Part shown: one piece after another, positions 49,928 through 50,526 of the stretch | How positions within the stretch are numbered: the first letter of the stretch is position 1 | Layout: every line of letters starts with the position of its first letter | Assembly (NCBI GenBank): GCA_037440005.1 | Contig: JBBIUY010000021.1 | Span: forward strand, 1 to 50,526 | Source: Armatimonadota bacterium | GTDB lineage: Bacteria > Sysuimicrobiota > Sysuimicrobiia > Sysuimicrobiales > Kaftiobacteriaceae | Direction of reading: 5' to 3' | Length of the DNA stretch: 50,526 nt | The notes under the pieces: model-generated | Databases searched by the model: none | What the model saw: the letters and a program-made list of their open reading frames with translations, nothing else | Told to the model about the DNA's origin: nothing | Position numbers and translations under genes: made by a program

Positions 49928-50512
49928 GGGGACTGTCCCCAGCAGGGTCTGTCCCCAACAGGGACAGACCCCCTCACCCTTCCGGGGGAGAAGGCTCGCC
50001 AGCATCAAGTTCCCTCCCCCAAAGGGGAGAGGGCCCGTCAGCAAGTTCCCTCTCCCCAGAGGGGAGAGGGCCCGTCGCCAAGTTCCCTCTCCCCAGAGGG
50101 AAGAGGGTCCGTTAGCATCAAGTTCCCTCTCCCCCGGAGGGGGAGAGGGGTGAGGGTGAGGGGGGATCGTCCCTGGGGTCTGTCCTCCCGGGGGCAGACC
50201 CCCAGGCGTCAACATCAAGTTCCCTCTCCCCAGAGGGAAGAGGGTCCGTTAGCATCAAGTTCCCTCTCCCCCGGAGGGGGAGAGGGGTGAGGGTGAGGGG
50301 GGATCCACACCCCCGATCCCAGTTCTCGTCAGCGTATCAGCCCATCCCGGGCGATTTGACCGTCCCCCGGCCCCGGCGGGTGACTGTCCCCGGGGGCGAC
50401 CCCCGGAGGGGAGGGTGTGTTGGATCGGAGGAGGCCCCAAGCGGTGGGGTCTGTCCCCGTGAGGGTCTGTCCCCCCCGAGGGACAGACCCCGGGCACCGG
50501 GGACTGTCCCCC
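49928..50512. repeat. Dense REP-like mosaic: six CAAGTTCCCTCTCCCC..GGGRAGAGGG units plus GGGGWCTGTCCCC palindromes
   Basis: CAAGTTCCCT starts at 50006, 50042, 50079, 50119, 50216 and 50256; about 90 bp duplicated (50079-50168 and 50216-50305). Confidence 0.88.
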
Positions 50513-50526
50513 GGGCAAAGAGGGGG

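Noticed and set aside
50001..50305. Possible CRISPR array
   Set aside because: Units are nearly contiguous with no unique spacers, repeats vary, and there are no cas genes; fits a REP-like tandem

Overview
High-GC (roughly 70% by eye) bacterial chromosome segment; the taxon cannot be fixed from sequence alone. Most of the window is core genome in a Firmicutes-like order: rpoZ, tRNA-Met, tilS, ftsH, a histidine-utilisation operon of the folate-dependent type (hutH, hutU, ftcD, hutI, cyclodeaminase), folB-folK fusion, two deoxynucleoside kinases, birA, ECF S component, coaX, greA, clpC, radA, PIN/TRAM, ispD-ispF fusion, cysS, rlmB, sigH, moaA and tRNA-Thr. The first ~8.6 kb is an accessory signalling locus: MFS transporter, an unannotated 19-aa ORF ending GADKNW, two tandem membrane-anchored HD-GYP proteins (one degenerate, one intact), a 1301-aa BTAD/AAA/TPR regulator and a sensor-less histidine kinase. 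A lower-GC segment (1 to ~2050) ends inside the first HD-GYP gene at its sensor/catalytic boundary, suggesting a peptide-sensing system with an exchangeable specificity cassette. This is the best candidate for an undescribed system. Other oddities are a CysRS with KMSKS replaced by EMHRH, a methyltransferase broken in its SAM motif, structured leaders (greA, clpC, ECF S/coaX), promoters whose -35 box contains the upstream stop codon, small unannotated Cys-rich ORFs, and several REP-like and heptamer repeat families. All product calls come from motif recognition, not database searches.
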